A stretch of 64,000 nucleotides of DNA. It comes from Chrysomallon squamiferum. Its lineage: Eukaryota > Animalia > Mollusca. Under the pieces are notes generated by a model. It saw only the letters and a program-made list of their open reading frames with translations. It had not been told where the DNA came from and did no database searches. How positions within the stretch are numbered: position 1 is the first letter of the stretch; every line of letters begins with the position of its first letter. Below are positions 26,850-42,278 of the stretch, one piece after another. The stretch is from assembly GCA_012295275.1 (NCBI GenBank), contig CM022665.1:7068001-7132000 (forward strand), read 5' to 3'. Position numbers and translations under genes: made by a program.

Positions 26850-29756
26850 AGAATACAATCGCATGACGTTGTTTCAGTAATGAATGACATCTTAATAACA
26901 TTTCCAAATTAATATTTTGATTAAGCTATTTGATTCTTCTTATTTATTGTTCTGTCAGTTTAGTTAGATTTTAAACAAAGTTGTGGAAAAATGTTTAACT
27001 GTTATATTCAAAACAATTATAATTGGAATTTACTAACAGATCCACAAAACATTTACACTGTTCCAAATCTTGGTTATTTTTGCTATTTTTATTACATCAT
27101 TTGTGTAATTTTTTGCTGGTTTTATTCAAAGGTGCAATGCAGTGAAGTTGTAGACAAGTATATTGAATATGAACCAGTTATTGTGCTTCTCGATGTTCTT
27201 CTGCTCAAGTCCTCAGCTTACAAACACATTCTTCTGAACTCAGATTTTAAGGTAACAGTAGCCTTTATTCTGTCAATACTTTCATAAGTAACAATTAGTT
27301 TAATTATAATAATTATATTTGTATCTACAGTTCTTAGCCACCAAAAATTGTTTATTATCATTGGATTTATATAAAAATTGTTATTTGATTTGGTTAAACA
27401 TTTATTTAATAGTCTTCATGGAAACTGTTGATTGTTCTACTGCTTAGTGATACTTTTACAAAACTGGCAGCACAGCGGTCAGCTCGTTCACCCAGCAGTG
27501 GCCGTCTGGAACCAGACTATGTTTTTTATTCTGCATTAGAATGGGATCTTTACTGGAACTATCTAGTGGCCTTGGCAGGTATATTTATTTTATCTCTGTA
27601 TTTAACAACATGTACATTTATATTTTTTACATTGTGAAAAGAATGAAGTCATTTTGAATTTATTTTTACAAAAGTAAATTAACAGTAGAGAGTATAATGG
27701 AATCTGGTTTGAATGAATTAATATACAGTACGTGTTTCTCTTAAACTGTAATAGAATCTGGATTTCATTAATTAAATGTACATATATGTTGGATTTCTTT
27801 ATGTTATTATTATTTATATATTTATTTTATTTCTTTATGTTATTATTATTTATATATTTATTTCTTTATGTTATTATTATTTATATATTTATTTTATTTT
27901 TTTACTGTTATTTTTTTATTATTATTATTATTTTTTTTTTGTAAGAAATATTTATAATGGAATCTGTAACTTAGACTAAAGCATTTGTCAAGCAGTTTCA
28001 GTAACAACAGGAACAACAAAATATAACCGAGCATTACCTTTTTGTCTTCCATGTGATACTTTATATTTAATAATTGATTTCACTGCATAAGTTGAAAACA
28101 AAATATTAATTCATTATTTTCAGAACTTTCTGTCTTTCTTGCTGTTGTGCTGTTTCTGTGGATATTGTGGATGAGAAAGAGGAGACAACCAGCTGATTTG
28201 TATCAGTAAGAGTATTTCTATTAGTTTTTATACCTGATAGATAGCTTACAAATGTGACAAACGTTTAACAAATATATCTAGGTAAACTGCAGATATCAGT
28301 GTGGCTGTAATTTGACGAAATAATGAAAACTGTTAATTCTTAATGATTATAAACCAAATTTAAAAGTTAGTAATAATGTGACTTTTTTAAAAACTATATG
28401 AAGAGTATATTTTAGCCTTTGGAATTATTTTAATTTATTTAACTTATGCTAAATTTTTAATTCAAATGCTTACATTGACTGTTTATTAGTTTAGTTAAGT
28501 GTATAATATTTAGCAGTGTTTATAAAAGATAAAAATAATTATTAATATTATCATCACTACTGTTACCAATAATATTGCTGTTGTAGTTATTTGTTAAATA
28601 AAATATTTTTATTGTTAGCATCAGGTATAGTGTGGTTAATGTTATTTTGACAAAGGAAAGGTCACTGATTTTTTAATTATTTTTAATCTTTTTATTTTAA
28701 TACCTTTGAAATTATTATAATGAATTATATGTATTTATTTATTTTTTAATTTTTTAATTTATTTATTTATTTATTTTTATTTATATTTTTGTTTATTTAT
28801 TTTTATTTATTTATTTATTTATTTATTTTTTATTTTTTATTTATTTTGTGCAGGTGTCAGATGGTTGTGAAAGCACTTGTTATTTCTGACTTTGGAAAGC
28901 TTCTTCTTATTCCAGTAATGTTATGGGGTCAAACATACAGTGTCTTCTATTTATGGATTTGCCATATATTTGTTTTTGCTTCTAATATCCAAGCTGTAAG
29001 AGGTTAGTTATTATTTGCCTATTAGAAAGATTTTCAGAGGAGTCAAAAATAATAAATTAACATTAAAATGTTGCTCCACTATTATTTTATTTTCACAAAT
29101 TCTTTGCATGTGAACCATAGACAACTAATTAAAGTTTATTGTTTGATATGCTTGTAAACAGTGTCTACTTTTGATAATCTGTTTAATAATTAGTAGTGAT
29201 TTATGCTATACAAGTTTCACCTTTAATAAGGTGACTAATTCCCCATTTTTATCCTTTTCATTTCTCTAGTTTGATATCTGTATATATTCAGTGCAATGAA
29301 GCTAACTTTGAATAATCTGTTAGTTAAATCTTTTTATTTTTATTTAAAAAAAAACCCTCTAAATGCAGATCTTATCTATATATGTAATTTATGTAGCAGA
29401 TAAAATTTATGTAGCAGGCTTAGGTAGAAATTTATCTGTTTAGCTCTCATTATAATATGCCAGGTTGGGAAAGCTGGTTACACAAAGGAGTAACAAAATA
29501 CTATATATTTTATTAAATATAAGGCTGTTTACACACATGAACAATTGAGGAGATAAATAAAGCACATCATATATATATATATATATTTATATGTGAATTG
29601 GGTTTCGTTATTTTTTTTTCAGTGGTTTCTTATGAAAATCATCTTGTTATACCTACAATTCTGGTATGTCTAGGATATACTGCACAATGGTTTTTGTTAT
29701 CGTGGCTACCATATCTCTGGATTTCTTACACTTCCTTTGTTTTGCCAGTTACGTGA
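26501..29756 (+). CDS. ARV1: Protein ARV1 (ER membrane; sterol/GPI homeostasis), about 246 aa
   Basis: Exons: 26501-26590, 27132-27251, 27413-27578, 28124-28205, 28854-29002, 29623-29756 (741 nt, in frame). Arv1-homology Zn motif CIHC..KELYRDF..IKISHCVQC..VDKYIEYEPVIVLLD..AYKHILLN, followed by hydrophobic segments and FGKLLLIPVMLW. Confidence 0.93.
26753..26843. repeat. (GT)n(CT)n compound microsatellite in ARV1 intron 1
   Basis: Read directly from the sequence. Confidence 0.95.
27794..27900. repeat. AT-rich minisatellite, 3 copies of TTTCTTTATGTTATTATTATTTATATATTTA(TTTTA)
   Basis: Three adjacent units of roughly 31-36 bp in ARV1 intron 3. Confidence 0.85.
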
Positions 29757-31904
29757 AGACATTTTTTTAAAGAAATAACTGTGCCTGTTTCCAAAGAGCC
29801 AATCAGTTGAAGAAACTGCTGAAGAAGTTTCTGGAAGACCACAAAGGATTTTTTTCTCATGATCTTTGACTTGTCATAAAAACAAGTATTTTTTAAGATG
29901 TGTTCAAAAATCTTCAGTGGTGCAAAAATGTTGAAAGAAAAACCAAAACAGTAATGATTCAAAATTTTTCTATTTTCCTTTTTTGTATCAAACAATGAAC
30001 ACAAACATGAGCACAAGCTGGTGTAACAGATGTTCATGCAATAACTTTGAAATAAATTACTGTTCCACTTACATCAAATGAATTCAATAACAACTTTAAA
30101 AATGTAATTAAAAACAACAGCTTGTCATAAATAAATTAAAATTAAATGTCGTAACAAAAAGTTTTCTGAATTTAAAGAATAACAACAATACAGCACAACT
30201 AAATCATTACATCTAACAATAAAGCTTCTTTGCAAGAGACATACTTTCAAGAAAGTTGTAAAAATTAAATTGTTAAATATATGTTTATTTTTATGTTTAT
30301 TGAAATAAAGAGAAATAATATGAATTTGCAGCATTATTGTTACTTGTACATATCCAAGAAGTATTTTTATTTTAAGTTTTAAAGAAAAGCAGTCATAATT
30401 ATTTAATACATTTTATTTATAAAGCATTGAAAAAACAATTAAAGTTATTTTTCTCATCTTGAGAAATGTTTACTTGTTCATTTATGAGATATACTAAGAT
30501 CATTTGGCATTTAAAATATTGTAGTTTTTTTCTTGCATCCGATTCTAAAACAAAAATTTAACTGTTTTGACAAATTAAATCCAGGTAATAATTTTTTTTA
30601 AACTTCCATTGTGAATTAGGGTGGAATTTTGAATTGGTCCAGTGCCATCAAAAATAGATAGTTTTAACAGACTAATATTAACAATGGACAGACAACATCC
30701 AAGAAATAGGAGCACCAGAAGTCTGACAAGCAGAAAACATTCATTCTTTCATTCATCTTGTATAAATAAGACCACATACACATAAATATGAGAAAATTAT
30801 ATGTACACCATACTTTGTGAAAATAAAAAATGTCAAGTACAGTACACAGCAGTATTTTCAATTATGATTTCCGCTTCTTGTTGTTATATCATTTTAATAC
30901 TTTTTTTTTTTTTTTTTTTTTTTTGTGATTCACAAAAAGTTAAGAATTTAGATGCAAAAATGTTAAACTCCAATTTGCTTTTATGGTATTAAATACTTTA
31001 AAAATAGACATTACATACTAATTTGTGAATATTTAACATACAATTCCAGAAGAAAATGGACAAGTTGATTATCTCCCTTCAAAAATTTTGACTTTCTTTT
31101 GCTTTTTGTTTGTATTAATAAACTGCTGCCTGGCCCTAAAAAAAAAAAACAATAACAAAATAGCAAATCTCATTGGAACAACATTATTACTTGAAAAACA
31201 GATCTTCTGTCCATCTGACACACGTAAAAACATATTAAATATACATTTAATAATGATTTCATATTTGATTGTATTAGCTGCCTGGCAAGTTTTGTGAGAA
31301 TGAACTATTACTGGTGTATGTGCTGGCAGAAGCATTTGAATGAAATAGCCTGCTGTATGTTGCCAGCATGGAAAATGGCTTCACTGTTCAATATGCTCTT
31401 AGCTAATGCCTTGCTGTTTGATAATGAGATGTAAATTAGCATTATACACATTAAATGTAAATGATGATAAATGCATTTCATTCCAGATCATCTGTTGCAT
31501 TGGAATTGTATGTGCCTGTAGTAACATTGAAAAACTGAAGCATAACATACATTAAAAATCAAACTTTAAAGTGTTAAACATCATACCTACATTATGTTAA
31601 ACTATATGATTACACAACCAATCCTAATGTGGCAAAATCTCAGTAGAAAAAAACAACAAAAAACAAAAAAAAAACATTTTCAATACAAATTATTAAGTTA
31701 GTCATCATATGTGACTATAATCAATATGATATACATATCAATACATGTCAGACATGTAAATACAGAGTTCTAACATTAACACAATAGAATAGTACACTGA
31801 ACACAACACAGATGAAGAGGAAGCTGATAAATGAATGATGTGATAATGTTATTTAATAAATATCTGCACCCAAATGAGAAAGGTAATGGAACTGGGTTTT
31901 TCTG

Positions 31905-34900
31905 TTAGACAATGACTTCTCTTTCTGCTGCCAGAGTTCGTGAGATATCAATTTCTATGTTTATATCTTTCTTGTGTGATGTCTTAGCAGGGGGAGAATT
32001 CTCTCTGAAGTCGTTAAAGTCAGTTGAGTCTATGGGAGACTGTTTCCGTCTTGGACTTTTCTCATATTTCTCTATGTTGATGTCATGAAGTTCTGTCACA
32101 GATATTCTCTTAGAGGTTCCTCCACCTTTGTTGTCTGTGCCAAACAGTGGATTACGATATCTTCGAATATTTTCATCATTTTCATTATTTGTTTTTAAGT
32201 CGTCTATGTAATTGTGATGACTTCGGCATAATTTTACCTTTTTATTATGCCATACTACAAGCCCAATGATGCTGAGAATGCCAGCAAGTCCCATCAAGGA
32301 ACATACAAGTGGAATCAGGTAACCTTTGCCTGAAGAATACAATTGTCAAATTATTAAAAATATCAGAATGTGCTGCATGGTCTTATAATGAGCAGAAGAC
32401 AAATAGTTTCTATTTATCAAAAGAAATATTTCAAAAAGATAATTTTGGTTAATACTGAATGTTTATATTTAAAATAATACCAAGCTTTTCCATCCTGCTT
32501 ATTCTGTTATTTGTTTAAATCTGAAAATTAGCTAATTCCAAACAATAAGTTAAACAACTGACACATACAGTTTCAAAAGTAATTACCATTATGTAGCAAC
32601 TCACTTGCATTTTCTCTTTAACGAACATTGATTTATCATAAAAGGAGTCCTTTTAGCTTTAATAATTATCAATTATTTTATTCATAATTTTAGAAATAAT
32701 TCTAGTTTAAACTTGTAAAATATTAACTACTTTTGCAACCTAAACAAAATTTACAACTTGATATTTGTTAAGATGCTTAAATGAACCAACATACCAGCAT
32801 TTTTAACAATAGTTGTTTCCACTCTAATTTCCACCACAGCAGCCAGGGCACTGCTATTACTCTGTTTGTGACTAAGTGTGTTCGCAACTTTGTCTGTAGC
32901 ACTCTGTAAAACTGGATCCAACTGACTTGAATCTCCCAATGTGGACTGCTCATAAAAATTTATTTTAATAATATTATTAAGTAGTAGTAGTAGTAGTAGT
33001 AGTAGTAACAACAACAACAACAACAGTGCTGTGCATTCATGACATTCTAAATAAAGAAGGCAGTTTATTCAAAAGTTTGTGAACATAGCTACTGTTTAAA
33101 AATAATGATAAAACCAAATTCTTTTTCAGGTACCAATTTGAGCTAAAAATTAAATTAGTACATTATGAACAAAATATGAAGTCCCAAACTGTTTATCCAT
33201 AAAGTTAAAACTAACATTTAGATACAGTAATCAAAGTTCTGCGAATGATTTTATCTATAAAAAATTAAATAGTTTACTTTGCAATTAGTTACATTTTTAT
33301 AGTTTTTTCTATATCCAAATTTCATTCTTTGAATGTTCCTGAAGATATCTTGAATGAAACAAAAGTGTTAACATAGTAATAAATAACTCACAAATGTAAC
33401 TTCAACAGCATCTGATTGTCCATCTTTAATCCCGCACTGAATGAACAGAGAATCGTGATTGCTCAGTTTCCTCAGTACTACAAGTTGTCTAATTGACTTG
33501 CAGATTCCATCAACAGACACACCCTGTTTCAAACAAAACAGTTCATTAAACATTTCTGTTTCAAACTAAATAAAATGGTTTAGCAATTGAACAAAAATAT
33601 TGACCTTGACTGACTGGATGCAGATTAACATTAAAAGGTATTTCATGTTAGCTGAAAAATAGATATAAAAATGTATGTATGTCTTTTTAAATGTTAATTT
33701 CTGTGTTGATTTGCTTATCTATTTATTAATAACATATGTCAATATCTATGCCTCTGAAAGTTTAAGATTTTAATCATATACTGTTTTGCAATTAATAACT
33801 TTAAAACAATTTCTAGTTTACTTTCTCTTGTTCCAGAAATCGGAAAATAACTGACTGAACTGAGAACAGAACAAAATAACATCTTTTATAAAAAAAGTTA
33901 CCATCGGCATTTTTGATTTGTCAAAGATGAGAGTAATTTTTGCACAGTTATTGCTAAGTGTTGCTGCATTAGGGATGCACAGAGTTTGTGCTGCCATGGA
34001 CTTGGGGTCCTGGATCCGTTCTATCAGTCTGCACTGACCCCAAGGTAAGCAAGGAGGAATAAAGCAGGTTTCTAGTGTCTGCACAACACAGGTCTCATCC
34101 TCTGCACACATAGCTACAGGTTCTGTCAGGTTGGGATGAGGCAAACAGTTTCTAGGTCCACACCATATCTGTGAATTTAAAAATATCTTTTATTTATTGA
34201 GAATCAGTGAATGATAATAATAAACAAAATTAATTAATAACTTTCTATATGTTACATCCACCATACTTTTTATTCTTTTTTTTTTTTTCCTTTCTTTTTA
34301 AAACAACAACAACAACAACAACAACAAAAAAAAAAAAAAAAAACCAACTACATGGTAGACACTGAAGTGGATTATATTTGTTCAACATTTATTGTAACTC
34401 CCAACAAGTTCCACTAAAGGTTACATTTCTGCTTGAGTTATGGTTGACATACTTGAATAATGAAAGTTTTAAATCACTCAGTATAATTATTTTCATTTTG
34501 TCATTAAATGAGGAAGCTTTTCTCATGAGAATAGCTTCCATAAATTTTCTATTCCGCTGAATTCAGGGTTTGTGAAGCATGTTATGACCAAAGTCATTGA
34601 CAACAGAAATATCACAATCTCATAACCCAAGAATGAATATTTGTTGAAAGACAAAACATGTTACAATTTAAACACATTTTTATTTAATGATATGAGAAAA
34701 AACCCCATGAAGTCAGAGTTCCATGAACTGCTTTTATCTGTAAGTACTACAATATTTGGTAGTATATATTCTCCCAAATCAAGGTAATAATAATAATAAT
34801 AATAGTAATGATGATGATGATTAATAATATTGATAATAATGATTATGGTGATAACAACAACAACAATAATAATACAAATTAAAATGTAATAAATTTCATT

Positions 34901-37900
34901 CCACAGTTATTACCTTGGTACAAGATACTTTTCCATTGTTGCACACACAGGAATTACATTCGTGTTCCCAGCTACTTTTATCAGCATAGATACGACGATT
35001 GTGTATGCATGATTTAGGTGATGGCAGCTGTCCAATTACTGAAATTGATAGTTTGTAACAAATGATGCAAAATAAAACAATGTTTTTTGCTCTTTTCCAA
35101 TTATGTTAGTTTGCTGTAACTTCCTAACTGTATATAATATACATTTTATGAATTCAAACTACACATATACATATGCATATACATACATAGTTTTTTTGAC
35201 TTCAAGTATTTAAACAGTACATGGAATTTTTCAGTGAAAAGTGTTAATATTCATAAATTTTATTTATTATTTCAGTGGCTTCAGTGTTTATGGTAATGTA
35301 TGATCAAATGTTTTATAAAAAAAAATTAAATTTATTTAAAAAACATTCATAAAACATGATTTGTGAATGAAATCATGTTAATCTAATGTCTGTCTCTTAT
35401 TAATTTTTCTTTGCTTTACAATGGCTGCAAGTACAAACAATGTTGTTTTTTATTTCATGACTGTTTCACTTTTCTGAAAAATATTAATCTACAAACATTT
35501 TTGTATTCTTTTCTTGTTAAAAAAAGATTGATTGTCATTTGACCTAAACAAAACTGTATAAATAATAGAAATCATTATCCATACCACTAAAAACCCCATG
35601 TAATTTAATATTTAGCTAAAATTGAAAAAACTAAATTAAAAAATACCTATCTGACATCTGTCACCAGTGCGCCCAGGAGGACAGATGCACTTAAATTCTC
35701 CAATGCCATCAATGCACGTACTGCCATACGTACAGGGACTTGAAGCACACTCATTGATATCTGCAGAAAATAATATTTTCAATGACACCAGGAAGAACAG
35801 ATCTGAACCTCTGAAAACTTCACTAACATTTAGATACAGTAATCAAAGTTCTGCGAATGATTTTATCTGTAAAAAATTAAATAGTTTACTTTGCAATTTA
35901 TTGTAACTATTTACTAATTCTCCTCTGAAAGTTTGATTCAGCTAAGCTCTAAAAAAAAATTAGAAATAGTTAAAATTCTTAATACCAACTGCTAACAAAG
36001 CATTTGTATCTAAAGCTGTGATTAAAAAGAATAAACCATTGTTCAGTGGATGGAAATATGAAAGATTGTCAGGTCAGTTCTACAGAGAGCACAATCTGCT
36101 GTTTGAGCTCGACTTCTGGATTATCAGAGACAGTGATACATGCTTTTCAATTCATTGGAAAGATTCCTTGCTTCTAGATAGGTAAGGAAGCATATGGAGT
36201 GATGGCAGTAGAATTATTGTCTCCTGTCATCACAATATTCAAAACATCTACTGATAATTAATAATCATTAATATAAAAATATATTGTCAAACACTGATTC
36301 ATACAACATTATAATATAAATGTGACTCACTGACTCTGCAGTCAGGACCAGAGAATCCATTAGCACAATCACAAACGTACCAGTTTGTACCATCAATACA
36401 CTTGCCTCCATTGTAACTGAAAACAGATATTTTACTTACTTTTCACTCACAAATGTATGTTAATTAACACACAAATAACTCCAGTAAAAAGAACCTTTTA
36501 TTAGTTATTTATTACTATTTACTATCAATGTTTCTCACATTCAGATGATGATGAAATGCATAGATATAAATGTTCCAAGGTTATACCCAAATATAAAATA
36601 ATAATAATAACTGTATATTTAGATTTAAAATCTTTATTTAAGTGAACATTCAAAGAATATAATAAAAACTGAACAACAATAATAAAAGACAGAAGAATAC
36701 TGACAAAATATTTTTTTTTAAATTAATATATAAAAGATTTTTTTTGTTTTTAAATTTAAAAAATTTGTCTAAAACAGAAATAATGGAGTACCATGGGAAT
36801 GGATTGCAGTCATTAATATTGACATCACATGTTGGTCCTTCAAAGCCTTCCTTACAGATACATGTGAAACTGTCCCCACTGTTCACACAAGTACCATGGT
36901 TGTTACATGGAGAGGAATCACAAGCATGGATAGCTCCTGGAATTAACAACAACAAAAAATGTGTTATTACTATTACTATTATTTTACTATTATTTTACTA
37001 TTATTATTTGTTGTTTTTGTTGTTGCTATTATTGTTATTGGTACTGTTATTATCGTAATCCTCATCATCGTCATTATAAAAGAACAATAGCTGTCTTATT
37101 TATCCATTGTTACATTCATAAAATATCTTCATAATTATATAGAAATAAAATTTATGTTTTTTCCAAGAAAAAAAGCCACAAAACCGAAAACATTAGAATT
37201 CCACACTTAAAAACTGAGTTTAATAACAATTTATTAATTAAAAAGGGAACTAATTTCCTTAGTAAACAATTTTAAACTCATCTGTTATAAAAACAGCATG
37301 TGTGAAAAAAATCAAAAAAATCAAAAATTCTGAAAATCTAATAACTGTAATTAAAATCCAATTATCTGTGGTTAGAGCCAGTCCCATCTGAGTTATGAAA
37401 TGAGGTTAATGTAACATTCTTTTACATCTTAATATTGGATTTGTGCCAATATGACTCTGTTTCAAATCAATTTCTGTGCAACGTAACTGTTTTCATTTTT
37501 AAGTAAAAGTCATTATGATTATCTTACGAAGTTGACAGGTATTTCCTTCCCATGCATCACTGCACTGGCAAGTGAATGTATCTCCTAAGTCTATGCATGT
37601 TCCTCCATTACCGCAAGTCAATTCACTACAATGACTGTGTCCTGAATAAAACAGTTAAACATCTGAATGTTTAAATTTAACAACAATAAAAACAAATATT
37701 ACTGTGAAAACCAAGAACTGAAATAATCCATAAAAATATCGAATATACATCTAGTTATCTTTTTTTTTTTTTAAAGCTTTTCTAATTTATGATTTATCTT
37801 TGTTATATTCGTCTCTATGTCAAATGGATGTGTGGATGTGTGCACTTGCTTTTCAGAATATATTACAAAAGTGAATTAGTTATGTTTCTTCATATACTGG

Positions 37901-39052
37901 AATATATGTAAAAAGATTAAAATATTTGCTGTTTTCTGTTAAGCAAACAGAAGTTTAAAAAACAAAGATATAATTTAACTGTTTTAATTTACTGAAATTC
38001 TATTTTCTCATTATTGTTGTTATTATTATTATTATTATTTTTATTTTATTTTTTAATTATCATTTTTATTTATTTATTTATTATCAGTATTATTATTTTT
38101 TATTTTTTGTGGCTTCATCTATTTTTCCTTGTGGAAGTCCAGTACCAACATTTTTCTTCTTTAAAATTAATATCTATTTCTAATTTTATCTTTATGAGAA
38201 CTTACTCAGAGTACATGTTTTCCCCTTCCAACCATCGACACACTGACAAACAAACTCTCCAATGTAGTCTCGACAAATTCCTCCATTACGACATGGTGTG
38301 GGAAAACATTCATCTCGATCTATTTATTACAGCATAAAAAAACATACAATTAAAAAAAACAATAAAAAAAAACTAAAAAAACATACAGTGTTATTTATTA
38401 TTATTATTATAAAAAATAGATGTTAAGCAAATATACTGTGATGTAAAGAATGAACAACATAAGGTCTTGAAAGGTCTGTTAATAACTACAGTTTGTAATG
38501 TACAGTTCTTAAAATATATATATATATTTTTTTTATGGATGAATATCATATTAATGAATCTTGGGATCTCAGATGTTTTGGAACATATCTGTCATGACAC
38601 CTTTTTAATCAGAACCCAGTGTTAACTACAGTATTAACACACCAATCAACTATATCATAAATCACATTACACAGATACTAAATTAAATTCTTACTTATGT
38701 TACATAAGGCTCCCTCCCAGCCTTCTGCACAAATGCACTGATAAGAATTGATCCCATCAATACAAGTGCCTTGATTCTGACAAGGATTGCTGGCGCAGTC
38801 ATCAATGTCTAAAATTTATCATCAACAATTATTTAGTTTAATTAATTAATTCTGTTTTCATACTGCTAAACCTAACATCATGATCACTGAGCATGGCAAG
38901 TTTTCCAGATAATATTATTTCATTTTATTTTCAATTAAACATACTCAAAACTTCCTTTAGGGAATGCCAGGTATCACATACATGACTTTGTAATGAGTTA
39001 TCATAATAACAAAAACAGTATAAAATATATTTAAAAACAAGGCAGAAGTGTC

Positions 39053-39088
<36 letters not shown>

Positions 39089-42000
39089 CTTCATAAATAT
39101 ACTTTTAAAATAAATAAATAAATAATTAAACAGTAATTTAAATATGATCTTTTTGAAACATGTACTGTACACAATTATCTCTATGAAAACATCTACCAAG
39201 CAGTGAACTGAAAAATGATTTTACTTACTCAGATGACAATATGCTCCCATGTAGCCTGATTCACAAGCACAGGAAAAGCCACCATTTGGCTGACTGATGC
39301 AGAGACCATGATGTCCACACACATTGGATGATACCAGTCGGAAGCCACCAACTGAATCATTAGATGGGATAGAGATTGTACAGCTGTCAATAACTGAAAC
39401 AGAAAACAAATCAAAGAGAAGATATTAATATAGAGAGAGATGAAAAGTTTTGTTTTAAACATAAAACAATAAACCATAAATATTTATTACTTTCTGTGAG
39501 ATTTACAGAATGCACTGTCTGTTTACCAGTTATGAATGATAATAACAAGATAATAATAAAATAATATTACAGGTAATAATAAAATACAAATAAAAAGGTA
39601 AATAATTTCAGAAATACTTTTAAAACAATTCTACTTTTTAAATTTAAAAGCAAAGGTTAAAAAAAAAAAGATTTAAAAAAGAGAAACAAAAACAAAATAA
39701 ACATTAAGTAGGTGACATAAATATTCATTTTAAGTTAATTAGTTAAATTTATAAACAGTAATATGAAACTGATAATGTGTCACAATAGTGATAATCTTGC
39801 AGGCTTATAGAGGCATAGCTCTGACAATTTAATAATTTAAAACTTGATCATTTAATAATCTAATATTAACCTTCACAAGATCTTGAGTCACATCTGGCCT
39901 GGGGCAAGGAGCAGTCTTTGCCATCAAACCCATCCTGGCAGTGACAGTAGAAGTCTCCTTGAATGTTGAAACAGCTTGAGCTGTGTTTACAAGGATTGGG
40001 ATTGCATGGATCGACATCCATCTGAAATACACATTCAGTATACAGTCATAGACCAATCTGTGATGCAACACATCAAAAAAACATTTACTTCTGACGAACA
40101 CCATCTAAAATAAAAATACTAAAAACATTTGGTATTAACTATAAGAATTGATCTCTTCTTATCATATCATAGTTTTGCTTGTTTCCTTCTTTCATCATAT
40201 ATTTCTTTCTTTGCCTCCAGTATTTTTTCATTCTTACTCATTCACTTTCTGTCCTTGCCTTCCATTTTTTTCACATATGTTTAAAAACATCATTAATACC
40301 TGACAGTTGACTCCAGTAAATCCTTTTGGACACTGACAGTAGTAGGAAGCAAGCTGATTGTGACATGTTGCTCCGTTCCAGCAAGGATTACTGTGACATT
40401 CATCAATATCAACTTCACACCACTTGCCAGTGTAACCAGGAGCACACATGCAGTAGTAACCATTGACAAGATCCTGTTAAATAAATGACAGGAGTGAGAC
40501 AATTACTGAATAATTTACAGGACTTAGATAATTACTATTTTGAAATTCAACAAAACAGTATAAATTATATGAAGTATATAGGTGGAAGTGAGACACAACG
40601 AAATAAGGAAAAAAAAAAAAAAAAATCAAAAACAAAACAGAACTGCATCTAGAAATCTACATGTCCAAATATAAACTGATTTTTATTTTTGTTATATAAA
40701 TATATTATAATCAAAAATAAAAAGTGTCTTCAAATTAACATCAGAAATATATATCTTCATCAAAACACTTGTTACTACCAAGTTTCAAATTTAACAGTCA
40801 ATTATATATTTACTTTTAAAATAAATAAATAAATAAAAAAATAAAGCACAAAATTGTTTTTTTAAAAGCATTTCTTAATTTAATTATAAGGAAATGTTAC
40901 AATTATTTGTACAGCTCCACTCCTTACAATAAAATATTCCTATCAACAAGATGTAAAATAACAGTAAACTCTACACTGACCAGAGATGCTACTTACCACA
41001 CAAGAAGCTCCATTTTCACATGTGATCCCTTCACATTCATTGATATCTAAAAGATACCAGGTAATATTAATCTTAATATTGCTATCATTTCATTATTTAT
41101 TATCTTAGAAGCAGTTTGCCAGCCCAAAAAGTGTTAAATTGTGATAAAAAAAAAAAAATATATATATATACACACAAAATACTGAAGCATGGTTTTATTC
41201 TAGAATATAGATCCAACTTTTAGGTACATTAAAACTAAAAGTGTGCTCAATCACAGACACAGATTTAATCCTAGTGTTCTATGAAAATCTGCCAGATGAT
41301 ATTGGAATGATCTGAATATTGCTTATTCAACAAGTCTAACAGAGAATTTAGACAAAATGTGTATTTTCATTTCTATATCAATAATAAGAAGGAAAACAAC
41401 CTGCAATTAAATATGGAATACATTTTTTATGAAAGAACACACTGCCAAAACATTATAAATGTCTAATTTAATGCCATTTCTTTGAGAAAATCCTGCTGAT
41501 GGTGCCATTAATAACAAGCAGTCCAACCCAAAAGAAATGAGAAATGAGTCTGGATAATTATATAGTAATAAATTATGATAAAAACCATCATTATCTGAAT
41601 GATCTAAAACATGTCAGTCATATTTAACTATACCCAGGAACAACTTCTATACATTTCATCTTCATCATCAGTTACCTAAACAATACTATTCTGTGAGGGT
41701 TAGATCATGCACCTTCTAAACTCTTCAGTTCAAACATTTACACATAAACTCAATTAATCATCTGGCTATTTATTGTTTTCTTTTCATCTGTTTTTAAGAT
41801 TTGTTTGATTTAAATGAAAATTAGCCTCATTTTCACTGAAATATTTATCCCATAAATAACTTTGGATCTGTTAGTGAGAATCAGTGGCTTTGTCCAAGTT
41901 AATTTTGAAACATCAGTACAATTAAATTAGACTTGTGAAGGAATTCTGGGGCAGAAAAATATCAAATACTAATTCTCTCTGACAAGTCAAATGAAGAACA

Positions 42001-42233
42001 CTGAAACAGCTTAAACTTTCACTTCATGATTACAATTAATCGAATCTTAAAAAAATGTAAATCCAATTTCTATGCAAATGTTTGAAAATATTTCTTCAGA
42101 AATGTGTGTTTGAAATCTTTTTATGGTCTTTTTAACATGCTTATTTTTTTAATTTAAAAAAAAAAAAAAAAAAGTGATACTTAAAAAAAAAAAATTCCTA
42201 CTTAATTTTGATATGATTAAAACCATCCGAATG

Positions 42234-42278
<45 letters not shown>

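Noticed and set aside
30220-30226. Brd-box (AGCTTTA) on the Jagged strand
   Set aside because: A single 7-mer 1.7 kb past the stop and beyond several AATAAA signals, so probably outside the 3' UTR.
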